A stretch of DNA of 64,000 nucleotides. Source: Eledone cirrhosa (Eukaryota). The position numbers and the translations under genes were made by a program. The stretch lies in contig OZ024741.1 in assembly GCA_964016885.1 (NCBI GenBank), positions 137,826,001 to 137,890,000 on the forward strand, in the 5' to 3' direction. Below are positions 12,857-27,160 of the stretch, piece after piece. Each line of letters begins with the position of its first letter. Position 1 is the stretch's first letter. The notes below the pieces were generated by a model that was given only the letters and a program-made list of their open reading frames with translations, was not told the DNA's origin and searched no databases.

Positions 12857-13534
12857 TCTTTTTCTATTATTTCAACCGTTAAACTAATATATTTCTTCAG
12901 TGTACTGTTTCATTTGCTTTGTTGTTTCTGTTTACTATTTACATAACTATATGTGTTTGTGTGTGTCTGTATATGTGACTTTGTGTATCTGTATGAGTGT
13001 GTGTGGATAAATGTGTAAGTGGAAAGAGGTAGTGGGAACGACACAGTAATAATAAGGTAAGTTTCAGCTTTGATATTAAACATCTAACTTTTCTCGTTTC
13101 CATTAAATATGAGAGATCAAAACTTTAGCTAAATTCACTGCTAGAACAATCAAGTTAAATAGGCCGTTGACTCAAGAGATAAATCGATCACATTTGTACA
13201 GGAATCGATATATCAATAAATAATACTCACATGTTTCCCTCACCTCTCTGAATATATTTTGTCACTTTCAGTTCTGTAAACCCGTTATATAGTTAGTTAT
13301 TTCACTTTAACTGCGTTCAATAAAATTTTTAGTCGTTTGATTCTCGGTAGGATCACTTGGTTATCGATTAGAACAGAGAAATGAAGGCATTCAACTCTCC
13401 CTCCCTCTCTCCCTCCCTCTCTCCGTCCCTCTCTCCCTCCCTCTCTTCTTATGTATATATATAATTACTACTTTCAAAGAAATTATTTTTTGTTATACTC
13501 ATATATAAATGTTTATATGAATGTATCTATAAAC

Positions 13535-15062
<1,528 letters not shown>

Positions 15063-15908
15063 ACTTTCTGTTTTTGCCTTATCGATTCTAGAAAATCAGA
15101 TGAATTAAATATGTAGCGTTTTGGACGAATCTCCTGGGGTATGATCGTCTAACACGTTCAGGAAAGTGTTCCAGAATAGTCTGTAAAATTCAGTTTCAAC
15201 GTGTACATTCTTTATTAAATAAATTTCTATCTTACGTAATTTACAAAGCACACGTTTTTTTTTTAATCTCTCCCTCCTTTATATATATATATAAAGATGC
15301 GAGACAATCCACTATGTCCACATAGACATAAATACAATCACACAATCACATACACACCCATCAAACGCACATCCATCACACACACATATATAAAGGCGAT
15401 AAGCTTTTCCAACAAACCCGTCAGCTTTCATTTCGCACATCATTGTGTATTGAAGATGTCTGTAAGATTAACAAGCCGCCTATGAATATATAAACATGGT
15501 GTATTGTAGAGAGCGTGTGTCTGTGTGCGTGTTTTTCTGAGTGAATTCAGATAACCGTATTATAAATTTACAAAAAGAGGCAAAAAATACAAGCATACAC
15601 ATATTACTCAAAACTTGTAGATATCCTTGAAAACACTATCTATCTATCTATACATCTATCTATCTGTCTGTCTGTCAGTTTGTCTATCTATCTATCTATC
15701 TATCTCCGGATGGCATAGACGTTCTTCACATCGGCTCCTCGAGTATTGGAGATATTACGTGTTAACAGTAAGTGTCTGTATTCCTGCGTTATTGTGTTAA
15801 TCAACCCCCTTGCCTGGGTCTTCGGACATTAGGGTTAATTTATTTCGCCCCTTTTGGGGTGACATTTTTCATCCTAAAAATCTTGTAAGTGTCTCTACGC
15901 TAGTGGTA

Positions 15909-17672
15909 ATGGAAGCCATTACCACAGGTAACGATGACACGCCCACTAAACAAACTGAAGGAGAGCGGGTAGCGGAGGCAACAAGCCTCCCTACTGAAAG
16001 AATAATAATTCTTAGAAACATTGAAAAAATGGAACCTAACCCTAATGAAAAAAATGTGAAAAAAATTTACTCAGAGAAATTGCCAACATTAATGGATGCC
16101 GTTTCGACTTTTCACGGCGCCACGCCCACCAGCGAAGCTGAAAGAGAAGTAATAGCTGTGACTACAAGTCTCTCGGATACTGAAAATATAAGTGAACTTT
16201 TTGAAAAAATGGAGTCTAACCTCAACGGGGAAAAAGTGTGAACGCATACACCAACATAAATAACACAAACACAACAAAATGACGTTCGCGCAAAGCATAA
16301 AAAAATCTATCGTGTACGAACCTATTGACATTTCGAACATGGCCCAGCAAATAGAAAATGCACGGAAGTATATAACTTTGGAGGAGAATGGTCTATTTTC
16401 TTTAAATTCTTCCCCAGAGCTAAAAAAAGGAAAATAGCTTAAAAACTATTATTTATAGGACAATATCAAACAAAACCCGTAAGCCAGTACAATTCACAGA
16501 GACAGAGATTGAACTGACGTTAAAAGATCATCTGAAAAACATTGTCTTCATTCGGAAGGATAGACTCTACGGTAGTCTATCCATCCGAATGAAAGATAAA
16601 TTGACGGCCGAAAAACATTCCCTGGCCCCAATTGTGTACCCCTTATTTACCTTCTTCCCCACTTATTTGGGAAGAAAAACACAAAAATTGATCATACACA
16701 GTATCGATCCAGATATTGATTTCTGGGCGGTACTGTGTAGCCTCCTCAACTTGAAAGACAATGCAATAATTTCGGTAGGTAAGTCTTCCAGCAACGTGTA
16801 CGGTGGAACTAACCAGCAAGTTCTGGTGCAAATGCAGCTAGAACGAATTGCTAGGATCCCCGACCGCATATTGCTGAATGGGCTTGCCTACTTACTGTGG
16901 TGACAGAGGTCAGCTGAGGGCTGCCTGTTCCCAAGCAAACAAAAAAACACCGATTTTGCCCACACCAACAACTACAACACTAACAACACAACCTTCACCA
17001 CCACCACAAAAACAACTAACACCACAAGTTAAAACACAACTGACCCCCCCCCCCAACACAGAAAACAAATACAATAACACCCACACCACAAACACGAGCC
17101 GAAAATGAACCCTTCCTCTTGAATACGGAAGACGACCCCCTTTCGTCGTCAGACGAGGGGGGGGGGCACACTTTCATAAAGTTAAAAGAAAAAAAAAGAA
17201 AACACACCACAGGAACACAAATACAAACAACCCCTCCCCAAGACATAACACAGACATCAACACAAAAAAACAACAAACAAAAAACATCACGCTAAAAGAA
17301 AAATTTGCATATACTTACTTAAATACAAAAAACAAAAGACTGCTATTTATAATAACAACTTAATAAAAACCGAAGGTTCGAATTTCGCACAAACAATGGG
17401 GCTTCCCCATCTAAAAATGATAAAAGCCCAAATGGTCATTTACAAAACGTTAAAAGACACTTTTAAAGAGGACATGCCCCCCCCCCGTGCGTCAGACCCA
17501 TTAACCGTGTCCTCCTAAAAAATCCCCCCCCAAACACCCACACAACTCCAAACACCCCAACCCACCACACACTGATGCCCCTACACTTCCACAAAACACC
17601 ACCCCGCCCAACAACCCATCCCCCACCCCATGGAAATTGTGCGGCCCGATCCTCGGGATGCAGAGAGGTAAG
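15909..17672 (+). pseudogene. ORF1 of Tx1-like family A (frameshifted)
   Basis: Consecutive same-strand ORF fragments from ATG 15909 (MEAITTG...) to just upstream of ORF2; A/C-rich composition typical of ORF1. Confidence 0.6.
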
Positions 17673-17695
17673 TGCCTTTTCTCTTTACCACCAAC

Positions 17696-20600
17696 ATGGC
17701 TGTGTTGAGAATAGGCTGTCTAAATGCGCGTGGCCTGGGCTCACCTTGGAAGCAAGCAATGCTTCAAAATGACCTCAGGTCACGATGTATAAATGTGATA
17801 GTTATTTGATGCACGTATCTCTCTGTCAGCCCGGAGAAGGGGGTGGGGTTGTTGTTCTGCTGCAAAAACATCTGGGTCTCGCTACACAAACGGTACACTT
17901 GGACCCGGAGGCTCGACTAGTGGTTCTGGACATTGGCAGTGGTGAAAGCTGAGCTTTTAGTCTGGTCGCCCTTTTGGGTCAACGCGGCCGGACTTCTTCC
18001 ATCGTCTGGAGACTTTTCTAGGGACGTCCCGCTCCTTGCTTTTAGTGGGGGACTGGAATGGTATCCTAGATGCACGTTGGGACTATGTAGGGGCATGTCC
18101 TGATAGAGGGGTTTGTAACAGCCTCAAGGGGTTAATCGGCCGATTCGACCTGGCCGATAGATATCGACTAGATTTTCCGACTGTGCCAACCTGTACTTGG
18201 AGAAACCACAGCGGTCAATCTTGATCGTACCTAGATAGGTTCTTAGTTAGAAATAAGGATAGGGACTTTTTAAGTTGTCCAAACATGCTCATGGTTGGCT
18301 ATTCAGACCACAAGTTAGTGACATCCATGGTCAACCTTGATAGAACGCATAGACAAGGACCCGGTTACTGGAAGCTCAACTTGTCCTTACCGGCAAGTAA
18401 AGCTTACAGGAATCGGATTAGTACATCAGTTAAGGAGCGGTTGACGGGCGCTATCGTCAAGAACAGGTGGTGGGGCTCTCTCAAAAGAGAGATTAGAGCT
18501 TCAATAGGAGTTAGTAAGGAGTTAACCTCAGATAGAAATAGGAAGGAAAGGGAATTGGTAGATAGTGTAGAAGAGGCAATTAGAAGCGGCGAAGTAGCCA
18601 GAGTGCTAGCGTCGAGAACGGCCTTAAGCCAGTTCTTCGACGCGAAACACGAAGGCTGCGTTGTCCGAAGCAAAATACGTGCTCTGGGAAACGAGGGGAC
18701 CAAAGCTGTCCGCTGGTCCCGCGTGACAGAAGCCAAAAGTGAGAGTAGATCCACTATCCGGTCTTTGCGAGACCAGGATGGAAGGGTGATCCTTGAACCT
18801 AAGCAGATGTGCGAGGCCTTTCAAAGGCACTTTGCTCGATTGTTCGGAAGGGACGAGGGCCGTATGGGGATGTGGACCTCGATCCATACCTCGACGGCCT
18901 GCCGCGTTTTTCTGACGAGGAGGCCAAGTCCTGCGAGAGGCCGATCTCAGCTACTGAAATAGAGGACGTGCTGAGCCAATGCGGCAGACGCAAATCTCCG
19001 GGCCTCGATAGTCTTCCATGCGAACTGTATTTAAGTATGCCGGACTTGTTCTTCGATCTCCTCGAAGCGGTCTACTGAAACTGGCAACAGAACGGGAGAA
19101 TTCCCTGTTCTGTGACCAAGGGCGTAGTCTGTCTAGTGAGGAAGGACGAGAACAAGCGGGATGAAATAAGTAATTTTAGGCCCATAACACTGCTAAATGC
19201 AGAGTTAAAGATTTTGGCCAAGGTGTTAGAAAAGAGGTTGGCGCTTGTCGTGGGAAACCTGGTGGGAGATGCGCAGACATGCGCCATCCCGTACAGGTCC
19301 ATTCACGACAACCTCCATCTCATGCGATACATCATAGAGAGGCTTGGGGACGAATCCGGCTTTGGTGGGCCTCTGATCAACTTGGATCAATCTAAAGCGT
19401 TCGATAGGGTCGACCATCGTTACCTGGATGCGGTGCTAGTGGTGGCAGGTTTCGGACCCGTTTTCAGGGGCTGGATCACTGCCATGCACAGCAGCCGCAT
19501 TTGCTCTAGGGTCAAGGTGAACGGCTACCTCTCGGAGCTGTTCGAAATCACGCGGTCCATCCGACAGGGATGCCCTCTCTCCCCCCTTCTGTATGTATTG
19601 GCCCTAGAGCCACTGCTGGGGAAATTGGAGTTGTTACAGGGCATCCCTTTGGAACCGGGATGCGGAAAGCGGTGTCGGCCTATGCCGATGACGTGACAGT
19701 AATGGTGTCAACCGCCTCGGAATTCGGACTGATCGGCACGTTACTGGAGGAATACGAAACGTTTACAGCGGCTACGCTGTACCAGGACAAGTCAGTCGGT
19801 TTGCAACTCGGCGAGTGGAGGGGCAAACCGATGGCCTCCAACGGCATCGTCGGACGTTGGACGGAGGGCCCGGTGAAGTTGCGCGGGGTCTGGTTCGGGC
19901 CAGACCTCCAGGTGGAGAAGAACTGGGGTGAGGTATCGAACAGGGTGTTTGCGCTGACGCGGAAGTGGGCTGAGTGCAAACTATCCCTGAAATGTCTGGC
20001 GGAGATGGCGAACGCTTATATAGCGTCCGTCATCTATTACCGCCTGACCATCATGCCTTGCCCAAGGGAAACGCTTACCAAAATGGAGCGCGCACTCTTT
20101 CAATTCCTTTGTAAGAAGCGGGCTCCTTTGGTGAGGAGAACCATCTGCTGTCAACACCCTTCGAAAGAAGGGCTGGGGATGCCGTGGCTGACAATGCGTA
20201 AACACCCATTAAGGCTATGGCACCTCCAGGTATTCGTCACCGGTCAACCTGTGGGCCCCATTTGTGAGGCGAACCTTTCCGAGACTCGTCTCTCTCACCG
20301 AGCTGCAGTCCTGGGTCAAGTAAAGACCGAGAAAACTGGGCGCCTGGCACACCGACTGTGCGCAGGAACTCACGGGTCTCTGGCAGGCGGACCCGGCTAT
20401 CGGTGGAGACTCCACCTCGTCATTCTATAGAGGGCTGGTGGTTAGTAGGTGCGACGACGCCCTCGGACAAGCCCTAGGCATGGAGGAAGACGAACTGGCC
20501 AGCCTATTCGGGAGGACATTTGGCCCGGGACCTATGGACAACTTCCAGAACTCCCTGGCCTGGCAATGCTACCGAGGGGCGCTGCCCGTTCGAGAAAAGC

Positions 20601-21060
20601 TCTACAGACACGGGCGCCCGTGCAGGGACCCCTCGAAAAAAATCTGTCCCAGATGCGTGCGCGACGAGGAACCGTTGCGAACGCATTGGTACACTGTTCG
20701 AGCGTTGCCGATCTGTGGGGCTATGTCGAACGACTGCTGTCACGGGTGGGACCCATCCGGTTGACCACTGAGTCCATTGTAACGACTAAGCCGCTTCCCC
20801 CCTTCAACAAGGAAGGAGAGGCGGTCTTCCTCTGTGTAATAGCCATGGTGAAAGAGGTGGTATGGTGGACACGTTTGAAAGGGCTGAGGTCGGACACCTT
20901 TCTCTCCGGCCAACATCTGGTCCTTTTCTTTAAATACCATTTTAAGAGAAGGATCAGAATGGAGAGAGAGGAGCTCTACCCAAGCAAGTTTTATGAAAGG
21001 TGGGTGAAAGTAGCAAGAATGGCCCGCGTGAATGGGCCTTCTCTCTTTATCAGCCTGTAG
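17696..21060 (+). pseudogene. ORF2: APE endonuclease, reverse transcriptase and C-terminal Cys motif (disrupted)
   Basis: Motifs MAVLRIGCLNARGL, GDWN, YSDHK, GPGYWKLN, KSPGLDSLP, NFRPITLLN, DQSKAFDRVDH, RQGCPLSPLLY, AYADDV and CPRC...HALVHC-like; multiple stops and frameshifts. Confidence 0.93.
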
Positions 21061-21284
21061 GTGGAAAGGTGGAAGTGGAAAGGAGCACCACCTCTCTGTA
21101 CTCCTAAGAAAAAGGGTTGCACACTTTTTCGGTTGTGTGTGTAACCCCCAAAACGCCTCCTCCCTATTGAGGACTGTATTGTTAATTTTATATTTGTTAT
21201 TTTTTTTTTACTCGTTCCTTTATGTAAACTCCCCCCTTGTATTTGTCCCCTTCTTTTGTGCCCTCGTGGCAAATAAATAGAAAC

Positions 21285-21358
<74 letters not shown>

Positions 21359-21467
21359 GTCTATCTATCTGTCTGTCTGTCTATCTATCCATCTTTCTCT
21401 CTACCTGTCTACCTGTCTAGCAATTAATGGTGCCATGTATACATGTATATATATACATATCTATATT

Positions 21468-21525
<58 letters not shown>

Positions 21526-21611
21526 TATGTGTGTACCTTAATCTTTCATATATATCTATGCGTACGACGTCACATATATGAGTATATTCAAAGCACACAC
21601 ACACACAGACA

Positions 21612-21652
<41 letters not shown>

Positions 21653-22265
21653 CTCTCTCTCTATATATATAGAAGCACACGCATACTAAAAGCCTCCTGT
21701 GATGCAATGTTTTATGTTCAATAGACCACGAAATTACTGAGTGAAGTTGGTATCAGAATAATATCAGGCGTATAGCTTTGAAATGTGTCCATTGCATAAT
21801 ATAACATGGTTTCTGTCGAGCCGCTTAATGTCATCTTCAAAGAGATGGTCTCTCTCTCTGAGGTAAACTTTGCTGTCGATATCTCGGCTAACTTGGAGCA
21901 ATTTCTGTCAACTACAACATGATCAATCATTCTATTTGATTCCAACATCAGATTCTGCTTGTATTGTTTCAATTCTTAAAGACGAGCAGTGATTGCAATA
22001 GCTTTCAACATTATATTGAACGATTTATTGAAAGCATGTTAGTATTAAACAATTTGTTACCCTTTATTTGTATGTATAGAAAACTGCATAAGTGTATATA
22101 AATGTACGTATATAAATGTATATTTATGTATTAATATTTATATATGAATATTTATATGTATACGTGTAAAGGAATGTGTACGTGTAAAGGAATGTATGCA
22201 TGTATATATTCATATATGCGTACATGTATGTTTACATACATGTGTATATAAATGTATGTATATAT

Positions 22266-22558
22266 GGAGGCGCGTAGCTTTGTGGTTGGGGAATTTAGCT
22301 TACGATTGTAAGGTCCTGGATTCGATTATCGGTGGTGCGCTGTTTCCTTGAGCAATACATTTTATTTCAAGTTGCTCCAGCTCACTCAGCTGGAATAAAT
22401 TATAGTTATAATATTATTCGAAGGTTCAGCCTTGTCACACTGAATGACCCTGAGAATGATTGTGTTATGCTCAGCCATTTGCACATTAATTTCACGAGCA
22501 GGCTGTTCCGTTGATCGGATCATCTGGAACATACGCCATCGTAACCGACGAACTGCCT
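22266..22558 (+). mobile_element. Second tRNA-derived SINE family (V/CORE-like central domain)
   Basis: tRNA-like head GGAGGCGCGTAGCTTTGTGGTT...GGATTCGATT, then TCCTTGAGCAATACATT...GTTGCTCCAGCTCACTCAGCTG. A related inverted remnant lies at ~22800-23020. Confidence 0.65.
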
Positions 22559-23832
22559 TCCATCTATGAATACATATATATGGTAGGTATATGTATATGT
22601 GTATGACTGATCACTTGAAGTCTGGTGTCTCCTCTATGATCATTTTAGACAGCTCCTCAACACCTTTCTCAGGAATAAGTTGACAAAAAAGTAAAGAAGC
22701 TCTGGTGCTTCTGCATATATCCCGCGTTTAGGAACTCCATCGGTTATTATGATGTATGATTCAGTTATTCGAATAAAAGAATAGTATGCTGGTTAAAAGG
22801 CGGTGAATATTCCACTGAAAGTAGTTTTCAGTGTGATTGACATAAGGTGTGACAAGACTGGTCCATTGAACCGCCGTTACAACTCATGTTATCCAGTTGA
22901 GTGCATTGTGCTAATAATATATAAAGTGCCTTGCTCAAGAAAACAGCACACCACGGGGTATCGAAATCATGGCCTTAAGATGGTAAGCCAAGCTACGTTA
23001 CCACAAAACTATGCATTCACCTAAATGTGAACTGTAATATGATAGAGAAAAGTATGTTCACACTTCATTTTCTTTTTCTTTATTCAACCTTTACGTATGT
23101 GCTGAAAGAAATGGTCCATTTGTTACATTCTACTTCAGTCAATTGCTGTTCACTATAAATCTATTTCATATATCGGAAAGAAAACGTAATAAATATATAA
23201 CACAATTCCCCTAAAAAACGCCAAAAGGTACAAGGAGAAAAAATATCGAATAAAAAAGTATTCGTCAATTCTGGAAGTGTATGATTATGGTTATTCTACA
23301 CCTGGGTGTTAAACAACCATTTTCGAGAAGAGCAATTCTCTTAAAATCACACAGACTACTTAAGGGTAAAAACACTTTATGGACAGACTGTGGTACAATG
23401 GACAATGTTAGAAAAATATAAATTTATCGATTGAAAACCTGAATAGTCTTGACCTTTTGTACTACCAAATTTTATTATTTTGATGTCTATTTCTTCTTTC
23501 AATATGTACATACATGTGTATGCACACATATATCAACAAGAACAACAACAACACAAACAACAATAATAATAATAATGATTTCATTCATTGGCCACAAGGG
23601 CCGACATATAGAGGATAATACAAAAGATTGGGACAGTGGAGTTTTACATAAAAATCGAGTAAACAATATGAATAACAATAACAAAGTAACGATAAAAATG
23701 CAACATGAAAAATTCCTCAAAAGGGGGGAGGATGACCACACAAGGTTCGTTCAAGTACCCCACCAATCCTGAACGAACCGACGCTTCGAGAGCACCTGGA
23801 AAGGGCACCCTCTCCTCCTCAAATGTACCCAC

Positions 23833-26800
23833 CTACAGGCGCATCACCAGAGTAGGCCTACTCACATGGGCCTTTCTCGCCACATTCACCCACCTTTCAG
23901 CAAATGTACTCGGGGGCAGCACTTCTCTCTCCACCCTCACCTTCCTTTCCAAGTGAAACTTGAAAAAGTTGATGAGGGATTGGCCGAAGAGAAAAGTGTC
24001 TGTCTTCAGTCATTTCAACCTCGTCCACCATACAACCTCTTTTGCTACTGCCACCAGACAGGGGAAAAATGCCTGCCCTTCTTGGCCAAAAGAATGGGGC
24101 GGGTCGATCTTCACTATGGACACGGCCGATAGCCGGATCAGTTCTACACGCGACAACAGATGTTCGACATAACTCCACAAGTCAGTAATGCACGGACACT
24201 GGACGAGTGCGTAGAGAATGGTTTCGTCGCTCTGCGCGCATCTTGGGCATGTCCGTCTTACAGCATTTCCGTGTTTGTAGAGTTTATCTCGAACCGGCAG
24301 TGCCACTCCGGTAGCACTGCCAAGCGAGGGATTTTTGGAAATTATCCATCGACCCCGACTCGAAAGTCCTCCTGAACAGACTGGTTAGTCCGGCTTTGAC
24401 GACGCCCAGAGCCTCTCCGAGTGCGTCATCGCACTTTCCCCACCTCTAATCCTCTATAGAACTCGAGAGTGGAAGTTCCACTGAGCGGATTACCCGCCTG
24501 ATAGAGGGCAGTGAGTGCCTAGCAATATTCCAGATGCCAGTCATCCAGTCTCGGTCTCTTCTTGACCCAGGACTGCAGCTCAGTCAAACAGACGAGCAAG
24601 CGGAAAGGCCCATCTCACAAATGGCGACCATACCTATTCACCGTTAAGGCAGAATATCTGGAGATGCCGCAGCCTCAATGCGTGCCTGCGCAACATTTGC
24701 CATGGCATGCCCAGCTCCCCACGTAGATGGTTCTGGCAGCAGATGGACCGTCTCACCAACTGAACCGGACCCCTCCACAAGAATTTGAAGAGGAGCCGCT
24801 CCAAGATGGCGAGGCGCGAACGGGGCAAGGGACGACGGTCAGACGGTAGTAGATGACGGACGCGATGTACGCGTTCGAAACCTCCGCCCGACCTTTCAGT
24901 GATAGCTTTCTCGCAGCCCATTTCTGGGTAAGACTGGCTACCCTGCCCGTCACCTCCTCCCAATTCATATCCACCTGGAGGTCTGGCCCGAACCAAACCC
25001 CGAGCAACTTTACCGGTTCGTCCGTCCAGCGCCCAACGACGCTGTTGGACGGCATGAACTTGCCTCACCAGGTACCGAGTTGCAAGCCCACCGACTTTTC
25101 CGAGTTAAGTTTTGCTCCCGTCAACCTTTCATATTCCTCCAATAAGTTGCCGACCACCTCGATTTCTGAGGTGTCCGACACCATCACGGTGATGTCGTCC
25201 GCATAAGCCGACACAGCCTTTCCGCGTCCCGGTTCCAGCGGGATACCTTGCAACAGCTCCAGCTTCCGCAGTAAAGGCTCGAGAGTTAATACGGACCTAT
25301 CGGGAGATCTGAAACGGTTCCTAGAGGTGGCCATTTTTTGACCACCGAGCAGGTGCCGATGTGCATTGCAGCGATCCATCTTCTGAATATGGGGCCGAAG
25401 CCAGCCGCCTTGAAGACAACCTCCAGGTACCGATGGTCGACCCTATCAAATGCTTTCGATTGATCTAAATTGATCAGAGTCCCACCGAAGCCAGGTTTAC
25501 ATCCTACCCTCTCTATAAGTATCGCATCAGGTGTAGGTTGTCGTGTATGGACCTGGTTGGGATTGCGCAAGTTTGCGCCTCCCCGACCCAATCCCAAACG
25601 ACAAGCGCCAACCTCTTCGCTAACACCTTGGCCAAAATCTTAAACTCTGTGTTGAGCAGAGTTATGGGCCGAAAATTGTCAAATGTGTCCCTCTTGTTCT
25701 CGTCTTTCCTTACTAGCGTTACCACGTCCCGGCTCACAGAACTGGGAATACTCCCGTTCTGCTACCAATGGCAGTAGAGCGCTTCGAGCCGACAAGGGCA
25801 TCCTGAATCTCGGCTGAAGTAATCGGCCTTTCGCAGCGCTCAGCGTCGGCCGTCGAGAGTTGTGGCAAGCCATCGAGGTAGGGACTGAAGTCGGCCAACG
25901 TCTCTGACTCGCCACTTCCCAAGAACAACCGAGCAAAATGTTGGCGAAAGGCCTCACACTTCCGCCTGGAATCGCTCAGCTCGTGTCAATCTCGGTCCGT
26001 CAAAGACCGAATCGTGGTTTTATTACCACGTTGCGCCTCGAACAGCTTTGGTTCCCTCGTTTCTCAGAGCACGCGCCTTATCTCTGACAATGCAACCTTC
26101 GTGTTTCGCATTGAAGAAATGATCTAATGCCATTTTCGCCGCTAGCACGTTAGGTGCAATGCCACTACAAATAGCCTCGTCTAACTTATCTACCAACTCC
26201 CTCTCCTTTCTATTTTTCTCTTACGTTACTTCTTTGCTAAACTCTATCGACATTACTCTAATCTCTCTTTTGAGACCCCCCCCCCCACCATCTATTGCTG
26301 GCGACTCCCCCTGTCAACTTTTTCTTCACTAAATTGTTGACCTGATCCCTGTAAGGCTTACGTGCCGAAAATGACATGTTCAGCTTCCAGTAACCAGGTC
26401 CTAACCTACACGTCTTATCTAGGTCGACCATACAGATCACAAACTTGTGATCTGAATAGGCGACCGTTTTAAAACGTGGACAGCTTTCACTATTTCTATC
26501 TATTTTCCTAATGAATATCCTGTCTATATACGATCTAGATGACCCTATGCGGTTAGTCCAGGTCCACACTGGCGCATTAGGAAAATCTAGTCGGTACTTG
26601 TCAGACAGTTGGAACTGGCTGATCAAGTTCTTGAGACTTTTTCACCCCCCGCTCCTATCGGATAATCCCACACAGTCCCAGCGTGCGTCTAAGATGCCGT
26701 TCCAGTCCCCCACGAACAATAAAGGGCGAGACGTACCCAGAGATTCTAGCCAGGCGTCTAAAGAAGTCCGGCAGTCCTGTCCCAGTGGGGGCGTAGACGG

Positions 26801-27129
26801 CCTCCAGCCTAAAGGCACCATCTTCGTTATTGTTCACGTCGAGGACCACTAACTTACCGTCCGGGTCCCTCGAAGATAGATCTTACCTCGAGATCCAGGC
26901 CTTTCCTAAACAGCACTGCCACCCCACCTCCCATTCCCGGCCGACTATCAGATGCAAAGATCTGACAGTCGTCGAAAATGGGGGCTAGTGCGCGCGTGTC
27001 GGAAATCCTGGTCTCGCTGACGGCAATTACATCCATTTCTAGTGACCTGAGGTCGATGAGCAGGTGACCCTGCTTCCAGGACGATCCCAGGCCTCGAAAA
27101 TTTAAACTTCCTACTCTTAATACGGCCAT
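23833..27129 (-). pseudogene. ORF2 APE-RT of Tx1-like family B (disrupted)
   Basis: MAVLRVGSLNFRGL...VSET, VYAP, SYIDRIF, YSDHK, GPGYWKLN, NFRPITLLN, DQSKAFDRVDH, AYADDI, CPRC. Confidence 0.93.
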
Positions 27130-27160
27130 GTTGGCAGGATAAAAGAGAGAGAAGAAAGGT

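Larger units (their letters stand above)
15706..21285 (+). mobile_element. Near-full-length decayed L1/Tx1-clade non-LTR retrotransposon (family A) inserted in (TATC)n
   Basis: 5' UTR, broken ORF1, APE-RT ORF2 and a 3' UTR ending AAATAAATAGAAAC. (TATC)n/(TGTC)n on both flanks (15637-15705 and 21286-21420). Confidence 0.9.

Noticed and set aside
21700-22020. Possible host exon (several 40-80 aa open frames)
   Set aside because: No recognisable domain and no consistent splice-site pair.
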